Shown here: piece after piece, positions 55,866 to 64,000 of the stretch
Layout of the letters: each line of letters starts with the position of its first letter
Position numbering within the stretch: the stretch's first letter is position 1
Source: Thermoanaerobaculia bacterium
GTDB lineage: Bacteria > Acidobacteriota > Thermoanaerobaculia > Multivoradales > UBA5704
Reading direction: 5' to 3'
NCBI GenBank assembly: GCA_039918595.1
Contig: JBDSHF010000028.1
Location: 5,370-69,369, forward strand
Length of the DNA: 64,000 bases
Notes under the pieces: generated by a model
The model's database searches: none
What the model was told of the DNA's origin: nothing
The model's input: only the letters and a program-made list of their open reading frames with translations
Program-made: the position numbers and the translations under genes

Positions 55866-57323
55866 TCAGAAGATCTGCTTCCGGTCGGTCGACGAGGGGA
55901 TGTTGAGCTCGTCCCGGTACTTCGCCACCGTGCGGCGGGCGATCTGGATCCCCTCGCGGTTCAAGATCCGCATCAGCTCGCTGTCGGACAGCGGCCGCTT
56001 CGGATCCTCGGCCTGGATCATCTGCTCGATCTTGCGCTTCACCGTCAGCGAGGAGATGTTGTCGCCGTACTCGCGGTCGATGCCGCTGTGGAAGAAGAAC
56101 TTCATCGGGAAGAGGCCGCGCTGGGTGTGGATGTACTTGTTGGAGACCACCCGGCTGACCGTCGACTCGTGCATGCCGATGTCCTCGGCCACGTCGCGCA
56201 GCACCATCGGCCGCAGGTGGTCGATGCCGCGGTCGAGGAACTCGCGCTGCTGGCGGACGATCGAGTCCGCCACCTTGTAGATCGTCCGCTGGCGCTGGTC
56301 GAGGCTCTTGATCAGCCAGACCGCCGAGCGGATCTTGTCCTTGATGAACGCCTGCGCCTCGCTCTGCCGCCCCTCGCTGCGCATGGTCTGCAGCATGCGC
56401 CGGTAGGCGCGGCTGACCCGCAGCCGGGGGAGGCCGTCGTCGTTGAGCTGGATGACGTACTCTTCGCCGACCCGGCGGACGAAGACGTCGGGCTCGATGT
56501 AGTGCGGCCGGTCGGTGCTGAACTGGCGCCCGGGATGAGTCTCCAGCGTGCGCACCACCTCGAGCGCCGCTTCCAGCTCCGGCAGATCGACGTTCAGCTT
56601 CTTGGCCACCGCCGGGAACTGCCGGCGCAGGAAGAGGTCCCAGGCCTCGTCGACCATCCGCCGCGCCAGCGACTCCGGCTCGATCCCCTTCATGTCCATC
56701 TGCAGCAGCAGGCTCTCGCGCAGGTCGACGCAGGCGATGCCCGGCGGATCGAAGGAGCGCACGATGGCGAGCGCCTCCTCGATCTCCGCCATGGTGTACT
56801 CGCGCCCCTCGGCGTCGCCCATCCCGAGGATCTCGTCGAGGGTGGCGACCAGGAAGCCGTCCGGGTTGAGGTTGCCGATGATCAGCTCGACGATCTCGCG
56901 CTGGCGGGGACCGATCTCCGCCATGTGGAGCTGCCAGAGGAGGTGGTCGTAGAGGTCGGCCTCGCGGGAGAGGCTGTTTTCGATCGGCGGCTCTTCCCGC
57001 TCCTCCATCATCGACGACGCCCCGGAGCCCTCCCAGTAGTCGCCGAAGTAGGCGTCGAGGTCGATGTTCTCCATCGACTTCTCGTGGTCGAGGGTCTCAC
57101 CGTTGGCCGGCGCCTCGGGAGCCGCTTCCTCTTCCCGCTGGGGCGTCTCCTCCTCGGTGATGTCCCCCGACTCCTCGAGGACTGGATTCTCCACCAGCTC
57201 CTGAGTGAGCAGCGTGTCGAGCTCCATACGCGTCATCTGCAGCAGCTTGATCGCCTGCTGCAAAGAAGGCGTCATCACAAGCTTCTGTGACATCTTCAAC
57301 GATAGTTTTTGCTCTAACGCCAT
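55866..57323 (-). CDS. rpoN: RNA polymerase sigma-54 factor
   Basis: RpoN box ARRTVAKYRDELNIPSS. Core-binding and HTH domains. Confidence 0.9.
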   Translation of the reverse strand: MALEQKLSLKMSQKLVMTPSLQQAIKLLQMTRMELDTLLTQELVENPVLEESGDITEEETPQREEEAAPEAPANGETLDHEKSMENIDLDAYFGDYWEGSGASSMMEEREEPPIENSLSREADLYDHLLWQLHMAEIGPRQREIVELIIGNLNPDGFLVATLDEILGMGDAEGREYTMAEIEEALAIVRSFDPPGIACVDLRESLLLQMDMKGIEPESLARRMVDEAWDLFLRRQFPAVAKKLNVDLPELEAALEVVRTLETHPGRQFSTDRPHYIEPDVFVRRVGEEYVIQLNDDGLPRLRVSRAYRRMLQTMRSEGRQSEAQAFIKDKIRSAVWLIKSLDQRQRTIYKVADSIVRQQREFLDRGIDHLRPMVLRDVAEDIGMHESTVSRVVSNKYIHTQRGLFPMKFFFHSGIDREYGDNISSLTVKRKIEQMIQAEDPKRPLSDSELMRILNREGIQIARRTVAKYRDELNIPSSTDRKQIF

Positions 57324-57335
57324 TACACTTTCAGC

Positions 57336-58091
57336 CTACAGAGTGAAGTCTTCTCCAAGATAGATTTTTCGGACTTGCGCGTCCGTCGAAAGCTCATGCG
57401 GGGTGCCGGAGCGCAGAATTTCGCCGTTGTTGATGATATAGGCCCGGTCGGTTATTTTCAATGTTTCCCGCACGTTATGGTCGGTGATCAGAATTCCGAT
57501 CCCCATCGACTTCAGGTGCCTGATGATGCCCTGGATGTCGAGCACCGCGATCGGGTCGATCCCAGCGAACGGTTCGTCGAGAAGGATATACCACGGGTTG
57601 ATGACCAGCGCCCGCGCGATCTCGACCCGCCGCCGCTCGCCGCCCGACAGCAGGGCCCCGCGGGTGCGCCGCACCTTGGACAGTCCGAGGTCGGCGATGA
57701 GCTGGTCGATGCGCCGTTCCTGCTCCGCGTGCGAGAGGTCGACCGTCTCGAAGATCGCCCGCAGATTGTTCTCCACCGACATGCGGCGGAAGACCGACGG
57801 CTCCTGCGGCAGATAGCTGATCCCGCGCTGCGCCCGCAGGTACATCGGCAGCTCGGTGATGTCCTCGTCGCCGAGCAGGACGGTCCCCGAATCGGGCGGC
57901 GTCAGCCCGACCACCATGTAGAAGGTCGTCGTCTTGCCGGCGCCGTTGGGGCCCAGCAGCCCCACGATCTCCCCCGGGCCGACCTCGATCGACACGTCCT
58001 GCACCACGGCCCGGCCGCGGTACACCTTGCGCAGGTTGGCCGTCGCGAGCTTCCGCGCCTCCCCGGTCCTTTCGCTCAACGGCTCGGTCAT
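57336..58091 (-). CDS. lptB: LPS export ABC transporter ATP-binding protein
   Basis: Walker [15 protein letters not shown] signature [15 protein letters not shown]. Confidence 0.9.
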   Translation of the reverse strand: MTEPLSERTGEARKLATANLRKVYRGRAVVQDVSIEVGPGEIVGLLGPNGAGKTTTFYMVVGLTPPDSGTVLLGDEDITELPMYLRAQRGISYLPQEPSVFRRMSVENNLRAIFETVDLSHAEQERRIDQLIADLGLSKVRRTRGALLSGGERRRVEIARALVINPWYILLDEPFAGIDPIAVLDIQGIIRHLKSMGIGILITDHNVRETLKITDRAYIINNGEILRSGTPHELSTDAQVRKIYLGEDFTL

Positions 58092-60226
58092 CTTTCCTTT
58101 CCTGGTGGCTTCGCCGGCGCCGGCTTCGGCGGCTTGGCCGACGGCCGGGTCTGGATGGCGGGGGCCGGATTGGCCTCCCCTTCCTTGCCCTGCACCACCG
58201 CCCGGCCGTCGTCGACGTAGTAGAGCACCCGCTTGCCGCGCACCTGGTTGCCGTCCTTGTCGGTCATCGTCACCGGCTCGCCGGTGATGTCGATCTGCCG
58301 CTGGCTCACCTGGTAGAGCGCCTTCTGCCCGTCGATCTTCCGCCCCACCTTGGGGTCGTTCAGCTTGGTGTCGCCGCTGCAGGTCATCGTCTTCGCCTGG
58401 CGGTCCGCCCCGAGATCGACCTCCAGCCGCTGGCAGGTGAGGGTCTTCCCCTCCTGGTCCACCCGCACGTTGCCGGTGTAGAGAAGGAGGCCGGCCTTCG
58501 GCGGCTCGCCCTCCCCCTTCTGCCCGCCCTTTTCTGAGCCCTTTTCCGAATACTGGAGATCGCCCGCCGAGACCTGGATCGGCGTCGGCTTCTTCCCTCC
58601 CGCGCCCGCTTTACCCGCCTGCTCCTGGGTGGGATAGAACAGCGTCTTCACCCCGCCCGTGGCGGTGAGCTGGTCCGCCGCCTTGTCCCCGCGCAGCTCC
58701 GGCGCCAGCAGCAGGTTGTCCCCGCGCCAGGCGCGCACGTCGCCACGGAAGATGAATGAGGACGGCTGCTGCCGCCAGAATGCCTCCTGCGATTCTACAT
58801 GCACTGGACCCTGCCCATTAGCAAGCGGCGTGCCAGAGAGCGCCGTCTCCTCCACCTTCTGCAGCAGCGCCTTCACGCCGCCGCGGGCGTTCACGATCTG
58901 CTGATCGGTGTTGTAGACCATTCTCGGCGCCTCGATCCGCCCGCGGTCACTGGTCACCACCACCGGGTCGCCGACGAACTCGCCGCGCCCCTGCTCCATG
59001 TCGAGCGCCCCGTGCTTGCCGGTGGCGGTGACCTGGCCGTCGTGGTAGACGACGTTGTTGTCGAAGCTCATGGTGGCGAGCTGGCCGTCCGGCTTGAAGG
59101 TGGCCGCGCCGCGCTGGCCGGTGGCCTGGCGCAGGACCGGCTTGCCGGCCACCCGCGAGACCTCGCGGATCTCGACGCCGCCGAAGGCGTCCGCCGCGTT
59201 CAGCACGCCGTTCTCCATCGTCCCTTCCAGGCGGCGCGCGGTGAGGGTGCGCGAGACGCCGCCGCCCGTCGAATCCATCTGCACGCGGCCGTTCTCCGGC
59301 GCCGAATACTCCACCCGCCGCGCCTGGTTCCCCTCCGGCTGAAAGACCACCGCGAGGTCCTTCCCCCCCTTGAAGCGGATGGTCGTCGGCTGCGCCGCGG
59401 CTTTTCCAGGAGAAGACAGCCCTGGCGCCAGCGCCGTCGTCGAGTGGGTCTCCCCCTCGATGGCCCAGAAGGCATGGACGAACTTGAGCCCGGTCTCGTC
59501 GTCCGACAGGTTGCCGTAGATGCGCACGGCCGCCAGCCGGTCCTGCCCGCGGCGGATCCGGGTGCCCCCCTCGGCGCGCATCCAGAGCTTCTGGCGGTCG
59601 TAGATCAAGCGCTGCGCGGTGACCTGGACCGGCGGCTCCACCCCCGGGACGCTGTCGATGCGGGCTCCCTGCCGCAGCGTGTAGACCTCGCCGGGGATGT
59701 CGATGTTCAGCCGGCCGGCGTGCGCGATGTACTTGCCGCCATAGTTGATCTCGACCGGCGTCTCGCTTTGCACCACGTCCCCCTTCTGCTGGAGGTTGAG
59801 GCGGGCGGTGCGCAGCTCGAGCTCGTTGGGGCCGCGGACGACGACGTTGCCCTGCAATTGCCCCTCGTTGGATTCGCGGTTGAAGCTCGCCTTCCGGCTT
59901 TCGAGGTGGAAGATCCGCCCCTGGCGGTCCCAGAGCGTGACGCCGACGCGGTCCAGGTAGATCGTCCCCTCGCGGTCCGCCTTGATGCTCTCCCCCTTGA
60001 TGTGGAAGACCGGCCGGGAGCCGTCGGTGAAGGTGTAGTCGAAATCCTCGCCGATCAGCGTCATCCCCTTGGAGCCACCGGTCTCCTCCGCCGTCGCCGG
60101 CTTGTCCCGCCGCTGGCCGGCCTTGCCGAACATGAAGAGTCCGACCACCCCCACGACGAGCAGCACCAGCGCAAGGAGCAGCAGCTTGCGGAAGAGGGAG
60201 ACGTAAGAGCGGGCTTTGCGCGCCAT
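58088..60226 (-). CDS. LptC/LptA-like protein with N-terminal membrane anchor and multiple OstA-like (beta-jellyroll) repeats, 712 aa
   Basis: N-terminal [21 protein letters not shown]. Repeated OstA/LptA-like beta-strand repeats. Sits in the lptC-lptA position upstream of lptB. Confidence 0.6.
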   Translation of the reverse strand: MARKARSYVSLFRKLLLLALVLLVVGVVGLFMFGKAGQRRDKPATAEETGGSKGMTLIGEDFDYTFTDGSRPVFHIKGESIKADREGTIYLDRVGVTLWDRQGRIFHLESRKASFNRESNEGQLQGNVVVRGPNELELRTARLNLQQKGDVVQSETPVEINYGGKYIAHAGRLNIDIPGEVYTLRQGARIDSVPGVEPPVQVTAQRLIYDRQKLWMRAEGGTRIRRGQDRLAAVRIYGNLSDDETGLKFVHAFWAIEGETHSTTALAPGLSSPGKAAAQPTTIRFKGGKDLAVVFQPEGNQARRVEYSAPENGRVQMDSTGGGVSRTLTARRLEGTMENGVLNAADAFGGVEIREVSRVAGKPVLRQATGQRGAATFKPDGQLATMSFDNNVVYHDGQVTATGKHGALDMEQGRGEFVGDPVVVTSDRGRIEAPRMVYNTDQQIVNARGGVKALLQKVEETALSGTPLANGQGPVHVESQEAFWRQQPSSFIFRGDVRAWRGDNLLLAPELRGDKAADQLTATGGVKTLFYPTQEQAGKAGAGGKKPTPIQVSAGDLQYSEKGSEKGGQKGEGEPPKAGLLLYTGNVRVDQEGKTLTCQRLEVDLGADRQAKTMTCSGDTKLNDPKVGRKIDGQKALYQVSQRQIDITGEPVTMTDKDGNQVRGKRVLYYVDDGRAVVQGKEGEANPAPAIQTRPSAKPPKPAPAKPPGKER

Positions 60227-60278
60227 CGGCGATGAATTCTAAGTTCGATCGAGAGTTTCAGGAAAAGATCCAGGCCGT

Positions 60279-61940
60279 TCAAGAAGGCCGGCTGTCCACC
60301 AGCCGCAGCACCGGACCGCCGCGATAGGAGTCGTCCTCGACACAGGCGAGAACCTCGAAGCTGCCGCGCAGATCCCGCGCGCGCTCCGCCCACCGCCACC
60401 CTACCAGCTCGACGGTAGCGCCGTCTCCCCCGCGGGCCCGCGCCGACAGATGGCCGTTGCCGAAATTGCGCGGCTCCCCCTCGATCCGCAGCGGACCGGT
60501 GCGCAGGAGCGGCCGCGGATTCCCCTGGCCGAACGGCTCGAGCTTCGCGAGCTGCGCCAGCAGGCGGGGCGACACCTCGCCCGGCGCCATGTGCAGCTCA
60601 TATTCGACCCGCCGCACCAGCATCTCCTCCGGCCACTCCGCCCCCGCCGCCTCCCATGCGCCCCGCAGCTCCTCCAGGCGGTCGGTCGCCACCGTCAGCC
60701 CGATCGCCTGCGAGTGGCCGCCGAATTTCTCCATCCGATCTTTCCAGGCCGAGAGGAAGCCGTGCAGCTCGAGGCCCGGCAGGCTGCGCCCCGAGCCGGT
60801 CGCCGTCGCCCCCTCGACCGCCAGCAGCACCACGGGGCGGTGGAGATCCTTGGCCACGCGGCCGGCCGCGATCCCCACCACGCCCTTATGCCAGCTCTCG
60901 CTCCAGGCCACCAGGATCGGCGGCAGCGGCGAGCGCTGGGCGAACTGGCCCATGGCCTCCTCCACTACTCGCATCTCCGTGGTCTGCCGCTCGCGGTTCC
61001 AGCCGTCGAGCTCGGCCGCCAGCGCCGCGGCGCGGCCGGCGTCGCGGCTCAGCAGCAGCTCCAGCGCCCGCTCGGGATCGTGCAGCCGCCCCGCCGCGTT
61101 GATCCGCGGCCCCATGCGAAAGCCGACGTCCGCCGCCGTGAACGGCGGCTTCATCCCGGACTGCAGGATGAGCGCCTTTAAACCCTGCGATTTCGCCTCG
61201 GCGAGCGCCTTGAGACCGAGCGCCGCGATCACCCGGTTCTCCCCGTGGAGCGGCACCAGGTCGGCGATCGTGCCCAGGCAGGCCACCCGCAGCAGCGGCG
61301 CCGGATCCAGCGTCTTGCCGCACCGCACCGCCAGGGCCAGCGCCAGCTTGAAGGCGAGCCCGACCGCCGCGAGATCCCGGAACGGGTAGGTGCAATGAGA
61401 TTGGTGGGGGTTGATGTGCAGCGCACCCGCCGGCAGCTCGCACCCCGGCAGGTGATGATCGGTGACGATGACGCCGATCCCGGCCGCCATAGCCGCCTCC
61501 ACCGCCTCGACCGAGGAGCTGCCGCAATCGGCGGTGACGATCAGGCCGCACCCCAGCTCGCGAGCCCGCTCCACGTGGACCGGCTGAAAGCCATACCCCT
61601 CGCGCAGCCGGTGCGGCATCACCGCCTTCGCCTCGATGCCGCAGGCCGCGAACACGGCGAGCAGCAGAGCGGTCGCGGAGATGCCGTCGACGTCGTAGTC
61701 GCCGACCACCGCGACCTTCTCCTTGCGCTCGCGGGCCCCCAGCAGCCGGGCCACCGCCTCCTCCATGCCGGCGAGCAGAAAGGGATCGTGAAGCTGATCG
61801 AGGGTTGGGTGCAGGAAGAGCTCGGCCCCGCGCGAGTCCTCGACGCCCCGCCGGGCGAGCAGCGCCGCGAGCCAGGGGGCTACCCCGTCCCGTTCGAGAC
61901 CGGCCGCGCACGCCGGCACCGGCGCGGCCACCCACTCCAC
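60279..61940 (-). CDS. recJ: Single-stranded-DNA-specific exonuclease RecJ
   Basis: DHH motifs VVGDYDVDGISA, VIVTDHH. DHHA1 GGGH-like region. Confidence 0.85.
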   Translation of the reverse strand: MEWVAAPVPACAAGLERDGVAPWLAALLARRGVEDSRGAELFLHPTLDQLHDPFLLAGMEEAVARLLGARERKEKVAVVGDYDVDGISATALLLAVFAACGIEAKAVMPHRLREGYGFQPVHVERARELGCGLIVTADCGSSSVEAVEAAMAAGIGVIVTDHHLPGCELPAGALHINPHQSHCTYPFRDLAAVGLAFKLALALAVRCGKTLDPAPLLRVACLGTIADLVPLHGENRVIAALGLKALAEAKSQGLKALILQSGMKPPFTAADVGFRMGPRINAAGRLHDPERALELLLSRDAGRAAALAAELDGWNRERQTTEMRVVEEAMGQFAQRSPLPPILVAWSESWHKGVVGIAAGRVAKDLHRPVVLLAVEGATATGSGRSLPGLELHGFLSAWKDRMEKFGGHSQAIGLTVATDRLEELRGAWEAAGAEWPEEMLVRRVEYELHMAPGEVSPRLLAQLAKLEPFGQGNPRPLLRTGPLRIEGEPRNFGNGHLSARARGGDGATVELVGWRWAERARDLRGSFEVLACVEDDSYRGGPVLRLVDSRPS

Positions 61941-61956
61941 CGGCGAGCTCAGATCG

Positions 61957-62922
61957 TTAGCCCTCGTCGTACGCCCCGAGGGCCCGGAACTTCTCGTAGC
62001 GGCGCGCGATCAGCTCTTTGGTCGAGAGGCGCTGCAGGTCGTTGAGCGCCCGCTCGACGACATCGCCCACCCGCCGGCACGCTGCATCCGGATCGGTGTG
62101 GGCGCCGCCGGCGGGCTCGGGGATGATCTCGTCGACGACGCCGAGGGCCAGGAGGTCGGGCGCCGTGATCTTCATCGCCTCGGCGGCCTCGTTCTTGCGG
62201 TCCTGGTCCTTCCAGAGGATGGCGGCGCACCCCTCGGGCGAGATCACCGAGTAGGTGGCATATTCCAGCATGTACACCCGGTCGCCCACCCCGAGCGCCA
62301 GCGCGCCGCCGCTCCCCCCCTCGCCGGTGACGGTGACGACGATCGGCACCTCCAGCACGGCCATCTCGATGAGGTTGCGGGCGATCGCCTCGGCCTGCCC
62401 CCGCTCCTCGGCGTCGAGGCCGGGATAGGCGCCGGCGGTGTCGATGAAGGTGAGGACGGGGCGGCCGAACCGCTCCGCCATCTTCATCACCCGCAGCGCT
62501 TTGCGGTACCCCTCGGGGCGCGGCTGGCCGAAGTTGCGGAGGATCCGCTCCCGGGTGTCGCGCCCCTTCTGATGGCCGATCACCGCGACGCTCCGGCCGC
62601 GGAACGTGGCGAACCCGGAGACGATGGCGGGATCGTCCCCGAAGGCGCGGTCGCCATGGATCTCTACCCAGTCGGTCATCAGCGCCTGCACGTACTCGAG
62701 GGTATAGGGGCGGTCCTGATGGCGGGCCACCAGGGTCTTCTGCCAGCGGTTGAGGCCGCCGTAGACGTCGGAGGTGGACTTGCGCAGCGTGTTGCGCAGG
62801 CGATCCAGCTCCTTCTCCTGCCCGCTCCCGGGCGGGAAGCCTTCCAGCTCCTGGATCTGGCGGCGGAGCTCGTTCAGGGGCTCGTCGAAATTGGAATCGG
62901 AGATTGCCATGCCGCCCGGCAA
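61957..62922 (-). CDS. accA: Acetyl-CoA carboxylase carboxyltransferase subunit alpha
   Basis: FIDTAGAYPGLDAEERGQAEAIARNL and GEGGSGGALALGVGDRVYMLEYA signatures. Confidence 0.9.
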   Translation of the reverse strand: MPGGMAISDSNFDEPLNELRRQIQELEGFPPGSGQEKELDRLRNTLRKSTSDVYGGLNRWQKTLVARHQDRPYTLEYVQALMTDWVEIHGDRAFGDDPAIVSGFATFRGRSVAVIGHQKGRDTRERILRNFGQPRPEGYRKALRVMKMAERFGRPVLTFIDTAGAYPGLDAEERGQAEAIARNLIEMAVLEVPIVVTVTGEGGSGGALALGVGDRVYMLEYATYSVISPEGCAAILWKDQDRKNEAAEAMKITAPDLLALGVVDEIIPEPAGGAHTDPDAACRRVGDVVERALNDLQRLSTKELIARRYEKFRALGAYDEG

Positions 62923-62997
62923 ACTAGCATAAAGCGGGGGGCGGAGGTCAACGCGGACGAAGCTGAGAATCTACCTTAGATGTATCGCTTGAGCCTT

Positions 62998-63021
62998 TGT
63001 CGGCGCGCCGACAGTGCGGGA
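62998..63021. repeat. 22-nt palindromic motif ttgtcggcgcgccgaca-gtgcggg (copy 2 of 2), upstream of accA
   Basis: Same 14-bp palindrome GTCGGCGCGCCGAC plus the tgcggg extension as at 48013. Confidence 0.5.
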
Positions 63022-63048
63022 TGGCCAAGAGAAGAGGCCGGCGGCGGC

Positions 63049-63139
63049 GTTGAGGGCGACCGCAGGTCGCCCCTACAACCTGGGCCCCACATACACCTTG
63101 CGCCGGAGGTTGTAGGGGCGACCTGCGGTCGCCCTCAAC
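63049..63139. repeat. Perfect 32-bp inverted repeat with a 27-nt loop; each arm contains a nested palindrome (gggcgaccgcaggtcgccc)
   Basis: gttgagggcgaccgcaggtcgcccctacaacc ... ggttgtaggggcgacctgcggtcgccctcaac, read directly. Located in the divergent accA/Uma2 intergenic region. Confidence 0.6.
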
Positions 63140-63240
63140 GCCACGGTGTCAGGATCGGCTTAGCTCGCCCGCCGGATCGATGAAGTCGCCGGTTCCGGAT
63201 AAATTTGACCACCTCGGCAAGACCTCCCTATACTTCCGTC

Positions 63241-64000
63241 ATGGCCCAGCCCGCCCGCAAGATGCCGCCTCATGGGGAGCCGGAGACCGTTCTCCCGAGC
63301 GGCGATCCCTTCCGCTACGGATCGCGATGGCGGCGCGTCCGTCTGCCCAGCGGCGAAGTCACCGAGCAGCAGATTCCCTTGACGCCGGACGATCTTCTCG
63401 ACCCGCAGCTCGGAGACGAAGTGACCCAGAGTCGACCGCATGCCAAACTCGTCACCACCTTGAACGACTTGCTGGAGAGACACTTCGACCAAGACCCGGA
63501 CGTGCAGGTCCTTTTCGACATGAAGATTCTCTGGGGTCTGCCCGGCCTCCCCGATCCTTCCCCCGATATCGCGGTCGTCCGGGGTGCCCCCCTGAACGAG
63601 AGCCGGTCGACCTTCAAAGTTGCCGAGGAAGGCGTACTCCCCTGCCTGATCATCGAGGTCGTCTCCTACTCAGACGCCGAGATGTACCGGAACGACCATG
63701 AGAAGAAGGTCGAGCTCTACCAGCGGGTCGGGATCCCCGAATACCTGGTCGTCGATCCCTCCTTCTCCGCCGAAGATCCGCTCCGGCTGACGGGCTATCG
63801 CATGGCGTCCGACCGGCGGTATCGGCAGATCGAGCCCGATGCTCGGGGATGTCTGCGCTCTGAAACCACGAGCCTCCTTTTTGCTCCGTCCGAAAATGGC
63901 CGCACGATCCGAGTCGGCGATGCCGGGACCGGCGAGTGGCTGCTCACCGCGAAAGAGGAAGAGACTGCCCGCAAAGCCGCCGAGGCCGAGCTTGCCCGGC
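63241..64000 (+). CDS. Uma2-family endonuclease (DUF820, PD-(D/E)xK-like), partial: runs off window end
   Basis: My own translation of frame 1: ...PDIAVVRGAPL...PCLIIEVVSYSD...KKVELYQRVGIPEYLVVDP matches the Uma2 conserved core. Not in the ORF track because there is no stop within the window. Confidence 0.6.
   Translation, partial: MAQPARKMPPHGEPETVLPSGDPFRYGSRWRRVRLPSGEVTEQQIPLTPDDLLDPQLGDEVTQSRPHAKLVTTLNDLLERHFDQDPDVQVLFDMKILWGLPGLPDPSPDIAVVRGAPLNESRSTFKVAEEGVLPCLIIEVVSYSDAEMYRNDHEKKVELYQRVGIPEYLVVDPSFSAEDPLRLTGYRMASDRRYRQIEPDARGCLRSETTSLLFAPSENGRTIRVGDAGTGEWLLTAKEEETARKAAEAELAR

Noticed and set aside
62980-63183. 67-aa plus-strand ORF in the track
   Set aside because: It lies entirely within the 32-bp inverted repeat structure and the 22-nt palindrome motif, so it is a repeat artefact rather than a gene.
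1-64000. CRISPR arrays, rRNA, tRNA genes
   Set aside because: I saw no regularly spaced direct repeats and no rRNA-like or cloverleaf candidates on either strand.

Overview
This is a high-GC (about 65-70%) bacterial chromosome segment from a diderm organism, since full Lpt machinery is present. I found no rRNA, tRNA or CRISPR. The window splits into two parts.

Left part, about 1-30.3 kb. This is an integrative mobile element, or a tandem pair of elements, whose right end interrupts comM/yifB (a Mg-chelatase-like AAA+ gene) at about 30.3 kb. It carries:
- two large serine recombinases (12710-14326 minus strand; 28792-30375 plus strand);
- a split primase-helicase replication module (Toprim protein plus SF3-helicase-like P-loop protein);
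- an ArdC-like anti-restriction metalloprotease operon with coupled small ORFs and a SymE-like mini-ORF that the ORF track misses;
- a HicB-like fusion protein;
- six XRE-type HTH regulators, one with a perfect palindromic operator;
- a RuvC-like protein;
- two paralogous TraD/VirD4/HerA-like P-loop ATPases. The larger one (1002 aa) is fused through a Pro-rich linker to a nuclease-like C-terminal domain and sits just downstream of a multi-TM membrane protein;
- a lower-GC cargo block encoding a 1637-aa secreted multi-domain (FN3-like/Calx-beta) surface protein.

Right part, about 30.4-64 kb. This is core genome: a glycosyltransferase, murB, rpiB, a TrmH-family methyltransferase, a YjjX-like NTPase, metK, a tandem array of three ECF-sigma genes with zinc-finger/TPR putative anti-sigma paralogs, a fused lptFG, queD, parAB, a bifunctional-nuclease-family protein, miaB, a PTS/hprK/rapZ/rpoN/lptB/lptCA-like cluster, recJ, accA, and a partial Uma2 endonuclease.

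The most unusual points are these. The zinc-finger/TPR family is expanded to five paralogs, two of which are orphans inside the mobile element. Small signal-peptide ORFs sit next to several of them. The membrane protein plus ATPase-nuclease pair is a candidate for a new defence or DNA-transfer module. Several long palindromic repeats lie in core intergenic regions. A roughly 700-nt coding-poor stretch may encode structured RNA. All functional calls come from motifs I recognised in the translations; I could not run any database search.
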